In this document: piece by piece, positions 48,170 to 58,192 of the stretch
How positions within the stretch are numbered: position 1 is the stretch's first letter
Layout of the letters: every line of letters starts with the position of its first letter
Assembly (NCBI GenBank): GCA_965197745.1
Contig: CBDANS010000006.1
Span: 585,721 to 649,720, forward strand
DNA from: Opitutales bacterium
Lineage (GTDB): Bacteria; Verrucomicrobiota; Verrucomicrobiia; Opitutales; PNEW01
Length of the DNA stretch: 64,000 nt
Direction: 5' to 3'
Position numbers and translations under genes: made by a program
Notes under the pieces: generated by a model
Database searches by the model: none
What the model was told of the DNA's origin: nothing
The model's input: the letters and a program-made list of their open reading frames with translations, nothing else

Positions 48170-48961
48170 TTATATGGCCGTCGCTTTGAGACTGAAAGTA
48201 CAGGGGTACAATTCAATTTTATCAAATTGGACATCATAAGGGGTATAACCATTATAAAGATACTGCGGGAATTCATGGAGGAACTCTATTCTCATGCCAG
48301 CTTCGCAAAATGCGGTAATAAGCTCTCCCAAAGTCCAGTGCCATTCGTAGGAAGGGGTCGGTATTTTAAAATCCGGATCAGTGTAATCACCCATGTTTTC
48401 GTACTGCCACACCTTCTTGCGGAAATAACTTCCCTGAATAGTACTGGCGCTTGATGATCCCGCTTCATCAAGCATGACGCTTCTGAACGGATGCCCGTCA
48501 TAAATATAGAAAAATCCGTTGTCATTTAATAATTGCCGCGCGGTCTGAGCATACTGCTCAAGGTCCGGAATCCAACAGAGCACCCCGGTAGATGAAAAAA
48601 CAATATCATATTTTTTATTCACTATATTCTTTACATCCACAATATCCGCCTCGATAAACTCCGCCCCAATGCCCATTTGTTCCGCGATCAAGCGTGCGTA
48701 TTTCAATGATTCGGACGAAATATCTATACCGGTCACCTCAGCCCCGAGCAGTGCCCAGGACAGGGTATCGGTTCCGATATGACAGAGCAGATGCACCAGT
48801 GATTTGCCCCTGACATCACCGACCTCTTTTTGTAAAAGGTCATTCAATAATGGTTTACCGGCTATCAAGGTGTCCGTATCATAATTCTTATAATGGATTT
48901 CTGCCAGGCCATCCCATGCCTTTTTATTTGCCTGGGTCATATGCTTCATTGATTGCTCCAC
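48170..48961 (-). CDS. Class I SAM-dependent methyltransferase
   Basis: LVHLLCHIGTDTL.., VTGIDISSESL, YDIVFSSTGVLCW. Confidence 0.7.
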   Translation of the reverse strand: MEQSMKHMTQANKKAWDGLAEIHYKNYDTDTLIAGKPLLNDLLQKEVGDVRGKSLVHLLCHIGTDTLSWALLGAEVTGIDISSESLKYARLIAEQMGIGAEFIEADIVDVKNIVNKKYDIVFSSTGVLCWIPDLEQYAQTARQLLNDNGFFYIYDGHPFRSVMLDEAGSSSASTIQGSYFRKKVWQYENMGDYTDPDFKIPTPSYEWHWTLGELITAFCEAGMRIEFLHEFPQYLYNGYTPYDVQFDKIELYPCTFSLKATAI

Positions 48962-49000
48962 GGGATTGGCCTTTGTGTGAATATTTTCAACCGATCCTGA

Positions 49001-49369
49001 TCAGGCAGGTTTCCTATAGGCCCGACTGGATATTTGAATAGAATTTTTACCGGGACCTTTCGCGTTTGAAAAAATGTACCCTTGCACCTGATGAACAGCT
49101 CCAAATTTAAGTCCGTTTTTTGCGCATTTATCGCGAAATTTCTCCACATCTTTTATATCGAAGACCAGCTTTACACAGGCTTGTCCATCCTTTATTCCTT
49201 TGCCCGCGGGGTGGATCATCAAACTCGCCCCTCCATGAGCAGGCAGTAGTTCCAGCATGCTGGTACCTTCTTCGACCAGGGATTTAAAATCGAAGTGCTT
49301 TACATAAAAAGCCGCCATCTTTTCGACATTTTTGGCATAAATCATAATCTTATTGATGGCTGGCTTCAT
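49001..49369 (-). CDS. VOC family protein
   Basis: 122 aa. IMIYAKNVEKMAAFYVKHFDF is a typical first beta-alpha module. Confidence 0.7.
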   Translation of the reverse strand: MKPAINKIMIYAKNVEKMAAFYVKHFDFKSLVEEGTSMLELLPAHGGASLMIHPAGKGIKDGQACVKLVFDIKDVEKFRDKCAKNGLKFGAVHQVQGYIFSNAKGPGKNSIQISSRAYRKPA

Positions 49370-49812
49370 TTTTTTCCCTTTAGTCGCTTAAATTCTTCAT
49401 TGAGTGTCTTATTCTGGAACGGAGTAAAAGCCAGCTCCAGTTTCATCCCATCCGGATCCTGGAACCATACTCCGTAGTATCCTGGGCTATAGTTCATTTC
49501 GCACGGAGCATCCAGAATTTCGGCGCCCATTTTCTTGAGAATATCGTATAGCCTGTCCACGTCTTCCCGTCTTTCGGCGTTCCAGGCCATGTGGCTGAAC
49601 CCCGGAGATTCCCTATCGTACTTTTTCCCGTGTCCCGCTTTTCTTGTCCGCACCAAAATCAAGTCGCCTATCCCGATCTTTTTTCGGTAGAGAATCGATG
49701 CCTTCATTCGGTGATGCTTTTCGTATCCAAGAAAATTGCATATGGGGTCATAGAATATTTCTGACTCATCCAGATTCCCGACACGAAGCTCAATATGGTT
49801 TATGAGTGTCAT
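49366..49812 (-). CDS. VOC family protein
   Basis: INHIELRVGNLDESEIFY.. and FQDPDGMKLEL. 4-nt overlap with the next VOC gene. Confidence 0.75.
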   Translation of the reverse strand: MTLINHIELRVGNLDESEIFYDPICNFLGYEKHHRMKASILYRKKIGIGDLILVRTRKAGHGKKYDRESPGFSHMAWNAERREDVDRLYDILKKMGAEILDAPCEMNYSPGYYGVWFQDPDGMKLELAFTPFQNKTLNEEFKRLKGKK

Positions 49813-49889
49813 TGATTCTCCGGATTCTAACGATAGCGGTCAGGCACGAGAGCGCTAGACCGAATTGTCCCCGCACTTTTGATTCGATT

Positions 49890-50408
49890 CTATTTATTCA
49901 GCAACTCGGAGATAATGGCATCAACAACCTTCCCCAACTTGCTGAGCATGGCAAACTCCTTATCGACAACCGAGACAAATGACTTTGGCGTCATCGGGCG
50001 GAAGCATTTCACCGGCTCGAGGGCGTAGCGGGTATTGATTTCGTAACCCTTCTCCTCAAGTATATCGCCACACCGGCGAAGGAAAGCCTGACTGAAATCC
50101 TTCTGCCCGAAACCGGCACGTGACTTTCCCGCCTCGATGTGAAAGACGAAGGGAACCTCGCCTTTCTCATGATAGGATTTCGCCATCCAGGATTCGAAAT
50201 GCAGCCCATTTCCTTTCTCGTTAAACCAATTTGACCTGTAGAGTTGAAATCCAGCCCCCTGGGGAGATGTATCATTGGGATACAACCCCGCGTTGATTAA
50301 CCAGGTATTCTGGATAGCCTTGCGTTTTGAAAGTTTCCTTTCAGCTTCCTTGTATCCATCCCCATAGAACCGGTAAATATCCGCGGTCTCTTCCTTAACC
50401 TTTTTCAT
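49890..50408 (-). CDS. Hypothetical protein (172 aa)
   Basis: Clean ORF in the array orientation. No motif recognised. Confidence 0.5.
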   Translation of the reverse strand: MKKVKEETADIYRFYGDGYKEAERKLSKRKAIQNTWLINAGLYPNDTSPQGAGFQLYRSNWFNEKGNGLHFESWMAKSYHEKGEVPFVFHIEAGKSRAGFGQKDFSQAFLRRCGDILEEKGYEINTRYALEPVKCFRPMTPKSFVSVVDKEFAMLSKLGKVVDAIISELLNK

Positions 50409-50573
50409 AGCTTCCTTTCAAAAGAATGGCTGGCAGCGTTTACGCCTCTGCCGATTGGGCATCCTATTCTTGTATGCGGCAGGATCAAGAGAATTTATAA
50501 ACGCGCATGCTGAAACCTGTTGGTGTGAACCTGGCAGCGCCATTCTACTGTAATATGTCAACAAGCTCTCTAT

Positions 50574-51272
50574 TTATCCTTCCCCAAAGATTTCCAGCAA
50601 CTCAGCTAATTCTTTGATTACCGATACTCTCTCGTCAACTTTGTGATCTTCCGCTATTCGATTAACCCAGATTGCCTCAAGTCCAACTTCCATTGCTCCT
50701 TCTATATCACGTTCATAACTGTCTCCTATCATGAGAGCGATCCGGTTACGATGCAGATCATTGAGGATCGCCTCAAAGTAATGTTGATTCGGCTTTTCAA
50801 ACCCGATCTTTCCCGAGGTATACACCGCTTCAAAATAGCTCAAGATTCCTAACTGGTTTAGAATATCTGAAAGCTCCGGTATATGATTGGAAGCTATGAC
50901 ATGAGAATACCCGCATTGCGATAGTTTTTTCAGAATGTCTTCAGCTTATGGTACCAACTGATATCCATGATTAAGTAGTATTTCCTCTCGCAAACCCTTG
51001 GCAAGTTGGTGCGCTACCGCTTCTGAAACGCCATTCGCTATCATCGCGGACGCGATTTTATAATTTAGAAATTCCCAGTAATTCTTACCGTTGAAAAGAT
51101 CGACGTGCGGTACTTCAGGTGTGTGCCAGGGAAAACCGTAGTCCAGTTCCTGCCGAATGCTATCAATGTCGATGTCTGAGTAGCCTGAACGGTTGAGAAG
51201 CGATCGGGTAGCTCTCGACCATAACCACGGAGCGTCTGCCAGGGTTCCATCAAAATCCCATAAGATATGCAT
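50574..51272 (-). pseudogene. HAD-IA hydrolase interrupted by an in-frame TAA
   Basis: Motif I WDFDGTL is in ORF 50946..51272 (ends ..GYQLVP*). The same frame continues AEDILKKLSQCGYSHVIASNH...GKIGFEKPN...GDSYERDIEGA (motifs II-IV). The TAA is at 50946-50948. Confidence 0.75.
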
Positions 51273-51310
51273 TTTTTTTGCGTGGATCGGTTAGGTCTGT
51301 CGTAGCGGGG

Positions 51311-52048
51311 TTAAGCGCAGTCGGGCCGCAGGTCGATGTATCGCTCGCCACGCTCACCGGCCTCGCCCCGCACGAGATAGACCGGGATCTTATGCTGGTC
51401 CACGTCAACCCACGCGGTATCACTGCTGCAGTAGCGAATCGTATATCCCGCTCGCCTTCGATCGCTGCGGTTCGTTTCGCTGGAGTGCAGCAAATAAGAA
51501 TCGTGGATAGACACACTCCCGGCCGTCATCCGGAGGGTGACGGCACCTGCTTCCATCTCAGCGGTTACGATGATCTTTTTGCTCAGCATATCATGTGTCT
51601 CCGACGGTATGGTAGCGTGTTCCCGATACCCCAGGTGCGATCCCGGGATTACCATCATAGCGGAATTTTCGGTGTCGGCATCATCGATGGCTAGCCAGAC
51701 CGAGACAACATCGGTGCCCTGAACACTTGGCCAATAGGGATTGTCCTGGTGCCAGGGAACGGTATCCACGCTGCGCGGCGGTTTAATGAATACACTGGAG
51801 AAAACCAGAACCAGATTAGGACCCAGCACCGATTGTACCGCGTCCAGCAACCGCGGTTGCCGACAGATTTCGAGCCAGCGCTCATCACGTGAATGCGGTT
51901 CATCAAGATAATTGTCATTTCTCAGCATCCCCTTCTCGGTGGCCTCGTTCAGGAGACGCCGATTCGATTCCACTTCCTCCGGACTGAACACGCCCGGATA
52001 CAGGCAATACCCTTCTTTAGCGAAACAATCCGGATCATGATTCAGCAC
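51311..52048 (-). CDS. Phytanoyl-CoA dioxygenase (PhyH) family Fe(II)/2-oxoglutarate oxygenase
   Basis: VPWHQDNPYW, IDDADTENSAMMVIPGSH, HDSYLLHSSETNRSDRRRAGYTIRY. Confidence 0.75.
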   Translation of the reverse strand: MLNHDPDCFAKEGYCLYPGVFSPEEVESNRRLLNEATEKGMLRNDNYLDEPHSRDERWLEICRQPRLLDAVQSVLGPNLVLVFSSVFIKPPRSVDTVPWHQDNPYWPSVQGTDVVSVWLAIDDADTENSAMMVIPGSHLGYREHATIPSETHDMLSKKIIVTAEMEAGAVTLRMTAGSVSIHDSYLLHSSETNRSDRRRAGYTIRYCSSDTAWVDVDQHKIPVYLVRGEAGERGERYIDLRPDCA

Positions 52049-52125
52049 CTACATTTCCTGTCAGCTAGTGGAGTATTGTGGGATCATTGGTTTTCTCGCC
52101 CAGGTGACTTTAATCATTCTGACTT

Positions 52126-54156
52126 CTAAAGATTTTTTTTGAGAAAGTCTTCGATTTTCGCATAAAATTTGAACCGCTTTTTTTCATCGATAAAGCCATG
52201 GCCTTCCCAGTTTTGAAGATATACTTTATGCGGTTTGCCCTCTTTTTTTAATGCCGTGATAAGTCTTTTAGCCTGGAGGGTATCAACGGTATAGTCGGCT
52301 CTGCCATGAATTATTAAAAGGGGTGCCTTAATACGGTCTACAAAATTTATCGGCGAAACTTCGCGAATGGCATCCGTATCTTTTTGAGGATCACCAAACC
52401 AAAGTTTGAGGACATCATAGGCGGACGCTCCAAAGTAGCTTTCTGTCTGCTTTTCTCGCTTTTCTTTATTAAACTGTTCAACCCAATCGTAGACCCCCGC
52501 GAAAGAAATAGCACATTTATAAAGATCGGGGGTAAAAGTAAGCCCACATAAAGTTATATAGCCACCAAAGCTTGCGCCGTAGATAGCAATGCGCTCTGGA
52601 TCTGCGATTTTCACTTTGATAGCCCACCGGACACCATCGGTGATGTCATCTTGTACTTTTTTACCAAATTGACCACGCGCTGCCTCTCTATAGTATGTCC
52701 CGTACCCTGTGGAGCCCCGATAGTTAATTTGCAGAACAGCATAGCCCCGACTTGCCAGAAATTGTACCTCCGAGTTAAATCCCCATACATCGCGGTAAAA
52801 TGGTCCCCCATGAGCCATCACAATCATAGGGAGTGGCCCCTTTTTTTTGCCTGGTGGTAGAGTAACATAGCCATGGATCTTCATTCCATCCCGTGCTTTA
52901 AAAGTGACACTTCGCATCTGGGCCATTTTCAAAGGATCGATCCAGGGTTTTGCTTTAAATATACGCTGAAAGTTACCTGTATTAAGATCGTATATATAAT
53001 AAGATCCTGGATCGCGATCACTGCTCACAAAAATAAGAAAACGGGTTTCCTCCCAATTGACATCTATAATTCAATTAACGGTATCAGGTAGTGCTTGATC
53101 AATACCAAGTTGCAATTGCCTGTAAAAAGGGTCAATCCAGTGCGTCGTTCGCTTTTCCCGGGTATAATGGATGCCAACCAATGCTTTTTTCTTTTTAGAG
53201 AAAAATAAAGATGCGGGTATTTGATAAATAAAAAATTTTCCTGATGTAACATCATATTCTCTGTCACTAAAAATCAGTTCTCCGAGTTGCTGATTTTCAA
53301 GATCGTAGTTATAGAGTGACAAAACATTATGATTGCGGTTTGTCGCAACGTAGAGGGTTTTACCGCCATATTCAAAAGCGACAGGATCCAAATCTGGTGG
53401 TAAGGGTAATTTGTCCCATGGAAGATCTTCATTTTTTCGATAAATATATGTTTCATTACCCTCATTAAATGACCTCTTCTTATAACCAACTCCCATCCTC
53501 AAAAATCCTTCTGGATCGCACATCCATGCATCCACATAACCGGGATTTTCTTCTTTGATAGGATAGTAACCACTGCCTGGAGCCATGGGGCCATGCTGGC
53601 GTGCATCTCTCAAGTAATTCATTTGGTGGACATGTGGTTTATGAAATCTCTCGGAAAAAAACTGAATGAGTATTTTATTAGGTAGGTCGTCTTGCAGGTC
53701 TATAACCGATGCATAGTTTTCAATATCAACCAGGGTTCTTATTGGTTTTCCAATGCGATTAACGGAATACAACCCGTAATAATACTGGCCCCACTTTGTG
53801 ACATTAAAAATTAAATTATCGTTATCAGCCCAATAAAACTGCCGAATATGGAGGCCCATCCCTGTTCTTATACCAATAATCTTTTTCGTATTCAGATTAA
53901 GTGTAAATAACTCATAACTGTCATTTATATAACCAATATATCCGACGTGCTCCCCGTCAGGAGAAAGAGATGCATTTGAGAAAAGTGTTGCTCTAAAAAA
54001 GTTTTCAATCGGCTCGGGTTCTGCTTCGAGGAAAGATATACTGAAAAATACTAAGCCCGAAACGATTACTTTGATCCCAAAAGTTGCGACTTTAATCATT
54101 CTGACTCCCCCAATCTTTTGTTTATACTTAACAAATTCCCAGCGTTTTAGCGGCAC
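52126..54156 (-). pseudogene. S9 prolyl-oligopeptidase-family peptidase interrupted by an in-frame TGA
   Basis: Beta-propeller half in ORF 53071..54156 (ends ..ALPDTVN*). The same frame continues IIDVNWEETRFLIFVSSDRDPGSYYIY into ORF 52126..53028, which holds the catalytic half (GASFGGY Ser, HGRADYTV Asp, WEGHGF His). The TGA is at 53071-53073. Confidence 0.75.
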
Positions 54157-54180
54157 ATAAAAATATACAATATCTAATAC

Positions 54181-57100
54181 TCACTCGATTGTTATCTCTT
54201 CCACCGTAACGGTTAATTCCTCACCATCGGCGTTTACAAATGTGGCGACGATGCTTTGCGTTGGTTGTGCCGTTAGGTCAGACTTAAAATTGTTCTGCGA
54301 AATCAGGGTATCGAATCCAGGTGCTGTCGATCCGCTCGGTGCGATCACGATCGAGGCACCGTTAGACTGAGAAAGATCACCCCCCGTGATGCGCATCCCG
54401 GGATTACCCGCGGGTATGGTAAAGGACCCATCACTAAATAAAAGGTAGGGGACTGCATCGCCACTGGCATCGATGTCACCTACGGTTAACCGCACGGCTA
54501 TCGGGATTCCACTGGCATCAAATCCAATCTTACCTGAACTGCCACTAAATACCGCGTTCGAGAGTTGTACGCCACCCAAGCCTGTAGAGTTGATCACCTC
54601 TACGAGCGTGACATCAGCTTCAGCATCATAGACCTGTCCCTCGGGGAACAATGCCTGGTTCACGGCATTGATCCTTCCCACCGTGAAGATACTGAAGAAG
54701 GTACTCGCGTCGGCTTCTTCGATCAACACGCTCGGTTTGCCTGTAACATACATTACCTCCTGGTTGTAGCGAGGCGGCGGGGCGGGGGGCAGGTAGGTGT
54801 CCGGATCTAATGTAATCGTAAATGTACCGCTGCCCGAAAATTCTACCTGTACAATGTCCTCGTCTTCATCCATGAACGAGACCCGTGTGATCTGCCCTGG
54901 CTTGGCCTGAAGTCGGATGGACTCCCCGGTTAACAAGACCTGGTCGAACACGTTCCCGTTAGGATGCTGGATGTCCTCACCGGCAATATCTCCCGAGCCG
55001 TCAAGCACGAGGGGTAGAGGCGGAGCCGATACGGTAATCACCGCGGTATCACTATTGGTGCTCCCTCCAGCATTGGTTACCTCTACCCAGAAGTTGGTGC
55101 TATGGGTAAGAGCACTGATGGTGAAAGTGTTGCTCGTAGCACCGGCGATGGGACTGGCGGTATTACCGCTGTTGCCGGTATACCATTGGTAGGTGAGATC
55201 ATCGCCAATTGCTGTCACTGATAGGACAACCGCGGTACCGGACTCTACTTCCTGGCTCGCAGGTTGGGATGTGATCGAGGGAGTACTGGGACCTTCCCCG
55301 TTAATAGAATCGGTAGTGAGACTGAAGACATAAGCTGAGCCGGAATCCTCACCGTTGTCATCGTCTAACCACGCTCCGACTACCACGGTGTCACCGCTTA
55401 TATCTACCGACCCAAAAGAGTTAAAACGCGCGCCATCGCTGGCTAATAGCTTAGTTACTTGGCCCCAGTTGTCAGCACCGCCTGTGTTGCGCTCAAAAAT
55501 ATAAGCTGAACCGGAATCAGTTCCGTTGTCATTGTCTCCGGTAGCTCCAACCACCACCGAGTCGCCGCTGATTTCGACCCACCCCCCAAAAATGTCACCC
55601 TCTCCGCCATCGATGGCAAGCAGTTTGGCAACCTGACCCCAGTTGTCAGCACCGCCCGCGTTTCGTTCAAAAATGTAGGCAGAGCCGGAATCAGTTCCAT
55701 TGTCATCGTCCAAATCTGCGCCCACGATCAAAGTATCTCCGCTGATCACAACATGATTGCCAAACACGTCTTCTATTGCGCTGTCATTTGCAGTTAGTTT
55801 TGTAATCTGTCCCCAATTGTTATCACCCCCTAAATCGCGTTCAAATACGTAAGCAGAGCCGGAATCGAGGCCGTTGTCATCGTCATAGAGAGCACCTACT
55901 ACTGCCGTGTTGCCGCTGATCGCTACTTCCCAGCCAAATAAGTCACCTTCTGCGCCATCGCTGGCCAATAGCTTAGCGACTTGGCCCCAATTATCGATCC
56001 CCCCTGGTCGCGTTCAAAAATGTAAGCCGAGCCAGAATCACTGCCTTTGTCATCGTTACTGTCAGCCCCGACTACTAACGTATTCCCGCTGATCGCAGTG
56101 GATTTACCAAACAAGTCACCCGGCGCACCGTCACTGGCAGTTAATTTGGTTAATTCAAGGTCAACTATATTTTCTAATATCTCGATCACCAGGTTGTAGG
56201 AAGTGCGAGTCGCTCCATTAAAACCTAAGATACGGAGGAAGTAGATCTCACTCGTCCCCACAACCAGAGATATGTGCTCGTTGTCAGTATCAGTCCCCGA
56301 AAAAGTTACCTCGTTTAAGTCCCCATCGTAAAGAAGTAGATCTAAGTCACCTTTTTCCTGGCTGAACAAGATGCTTACATTTAGCCTACCCTTTGCGCTT
56401 GTTGTGAGGCGGTAGTAATCTTCCTCACCATGAACATGAATCGACAGATCATTCTCTGTATATTCATTAATTATCCCCAGTTCTGTCGCTGTTTCAAAGC
56501 TGTTATTGGGTTCGAATTGATCACCTGAACCTACTAAGTTTACACCAATATCTCCCAATATTGCCAAATCCAGATCTGATATTTTTTCACGTCTATCAGA
56601 GAAGGCAAATTGAGCCATTAAATCAGAAAGTAGAACTTCACCAGGACGAGGTGATGAATTCCCAACGTGAGAAATAGATCCAAAAGTTAAAGGAACCGGT
56701 CCACCGTAGACCATCATTGCCATAGGCCCCGTAAAAAAGAAATTTGTCCCATCAAAGTTTATTAACTCGTCATATGTCGTTATTATGTTGTGAGCAGGGA
56801 GTTCGCCAGTGGTTTCATTTATAAAAACTGCAATTCCAAATATATGCCCAAACTCATGCAAGATAGTCGAATAAGCATCAAATGAGCCAAACGGAATGCT
56901 ATCCGTGCGTTCAGTAGGATTTGGATCAAACCATAATTCTCCATTGGTTAATGAATTTATACTAATTGTAATAAACCCGTCTGGTCTAGTTTCATTAAGG
57001 TCAATCCCAGTTCTTATTTCAAAGATCGAATTTGGTTCAACATTGATACGCGTGCCATCATTGCGAACAAAAGCGCTATTGGCAGCACCACCTGTTGCTA

Positions 57101-57377
57101 ACAGGTCTGTCTCAAATTTATTGAATGCAACTTCAATTTCAATTGAGGGTTCCCCTTCAACCTCAAAATACTGAACCCAATCATTCGCAGCAGCTAGAGT
57201 ATGGGATTCGATAACTGAATAAAATGCAGAAAATTCTGCTCCCGGATCATTAAAGGAGACCGAGAATGTTACCTGTCCTTTAGCATTTTGAGGAAATGAA
57301 ATTAATAAGAAAGCTAATGAGCAGATAAAAAGAATACCGGCTAAATGGGCTTTTTTATTATTCTGACAACACCCCAT
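54181..57377 (-). pseudogene. ~1060-aa secreted zinc-metalloprotease / PPC / FG-GAP-repeat / Ig-like protein with a homopolymer frameshift
   Basis: ORF 55923..57377 has a signal peptide, HEFGHIFG (HExxH), a PPC-like GDQFEPNNSFETATEL..DYYRL, and the first FG-GAP unit ..SGSAYIFERDQGG. ORF 54181..55968 continues in another frame as IDNWGQVAKLLASDGAEGD..., with 5 more SGSAY(I/V)FER units. The switch is in the G6 run (plus-strand C6 at 55999-56004). Confidence 0.75.
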
Positions 57378-57613
57378 CTTGTCACTCTAGTTATTTCGGT
57401 AATGAAGATAATGGGGATGTGTTAAAATGTTTCCATTCTCTATTATTAGAGAACGCATTAAGATTTATTAATGCACCTTCGAATAAAAAAATAAAGACCC
57501 TAACCATACTAACGACTTATATATATTATTAGTATTGCTAAAATGTTAAATTGCAACCCATACTAGATTAACAAACGTTAAGACATTAAATTTATACTTG
57601 AAACGCACATAAA

Positions 57614-58162
57614 ATGAGCCGCTGGTGGGTTGTCATTGTTGTATTATTTTTTGTTGGCACTGTATTGGGGAAAGAAAATGACCCACTATTCGATTTAAAA
57701 GTGCGCGCTGAAAAAGGAGATGCAGAAGCGCAATATAACCTTGGCGGGTGGTATTTAGAAAGACAGGGAGTAGCTAATTATCCGGAAGCTTTCAAATGGA
57801 TCAATAAAGCAGCTGAACAAGGGCATCCTGGAGCTCAAACTAACCTAGGTTTCATGTACGCCCAGGGTCTCGGAGTAAAACGTGATAATATAGAGGCAAG
57901 CAACTGGTATAGCCAGTCAGCCGAGCAGGGATTACTTAAAGCACAGTACGGACTTGGTTTAATGTATGCTAACGGCCAAGGGGTAAAGCAGGATTACATC
58001 GAAGCTTATAAGTGGCTACGAATCGCAGCAACAGCGGGAGATAATTCAAGTTCAAGGGTTTTAAGTAACCTTAATTCCTCTATGACCACATCGCAAATTA
58101 CCGAAGCTGAACAAAGAGCTGCGACATGGCTGGCTAAACAAAAAAAACAGTCGCTTAAGTAG
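57614..58162 (+). CDS. Secreted Sel1-repeat (SLR) protein
   Basis: Signal peptide, then repeated ..AEAQYNLG..Y..G.GV..., KWINKAAEQGHPGAQTNLGFMYAQGLGV units. Confidence 0.85.
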   Translation: MSRWWVVIVVLFFVGTVLGKENDPLFDLKVRAEKGDAEAQYNLGGWYLERQGVANYPEAFKWINKAAEQGHPGAQTNLGFMYAQGLGVKRDNIEASNWYSQSAEQGLLKAQYGLGLMYANGQGVKQDYIEAYKWLRIAATAGDNSSSRVLSNLNSSMTTSQITEAEQRAATWLAKQKKQSLK

Positions 58163-58192
58163 GAAAACTCCAATTTTTGTATTAATTCAAAT

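Noticed and set aside
12251-51272. Chromosomal integron cassette array (same-strand small genes rich in GNAT, VOC, NUDIX and methyltransferase functions)
   Set aside because: No intI-like tyrosine recombinase is present. The intergenic gaps I inspected (for example 16946-17001, 18222-18319, 20423-20521, 21554-21627, 36790-36872) contain no imperfect palindromes with RYYYAAC/GTTRRRY ends. Several neighbouring genes overlap by 4-17 nt, which is incompatible with attC-bounded cassettes. An attC covariance-model scan would be the formal test.
12251-51272. Secondary-metabolite biosynthetic gene cluster
   Set aside because: No core scaffold enzymes (PKS, NRPS, terpene synthase, RiPP precursor/maturase, glycosyltransferase), transporters or pathway regulators are present. 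Only tailoring-type enzymes are found.
45864-53073. Stop-codon reassignment or selenocysteine as an explanation for the in-frame TAA (45864, 50946) and TGA (53071)
   Set aside because: TAA, TGA and TAG all terminate the ~80 other genes at positions matching family lengths. No SECIS-like hairpin is evident after 53071, and the position is not a redox-active site. Nonsense mutation is the simpler reading.
2-54460. Diversity-generating retroelement (VR/TR pair) formed by the two homologous FG-GAP C-termini
   Set aside because: There is no reverse transcriptase anywhere in the window. The differences between the two copies are spread over all bases and the whole region rather than being adenine-specific in a short variable repeat.
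38274-56004. Phase-variable contingency loci via poly-G tracts (G3, G5, G6 frameshift sites)
   Set aside because: The tracts are much shorter than those known to slip at useful rates (usually 7-8 or more). They occur in unrelated cytoplasmic enzymes as well as in the surface protein. Sequencing error or ordinary mutation is more likely. The possibility is kept only as a caveat under the decay finding.
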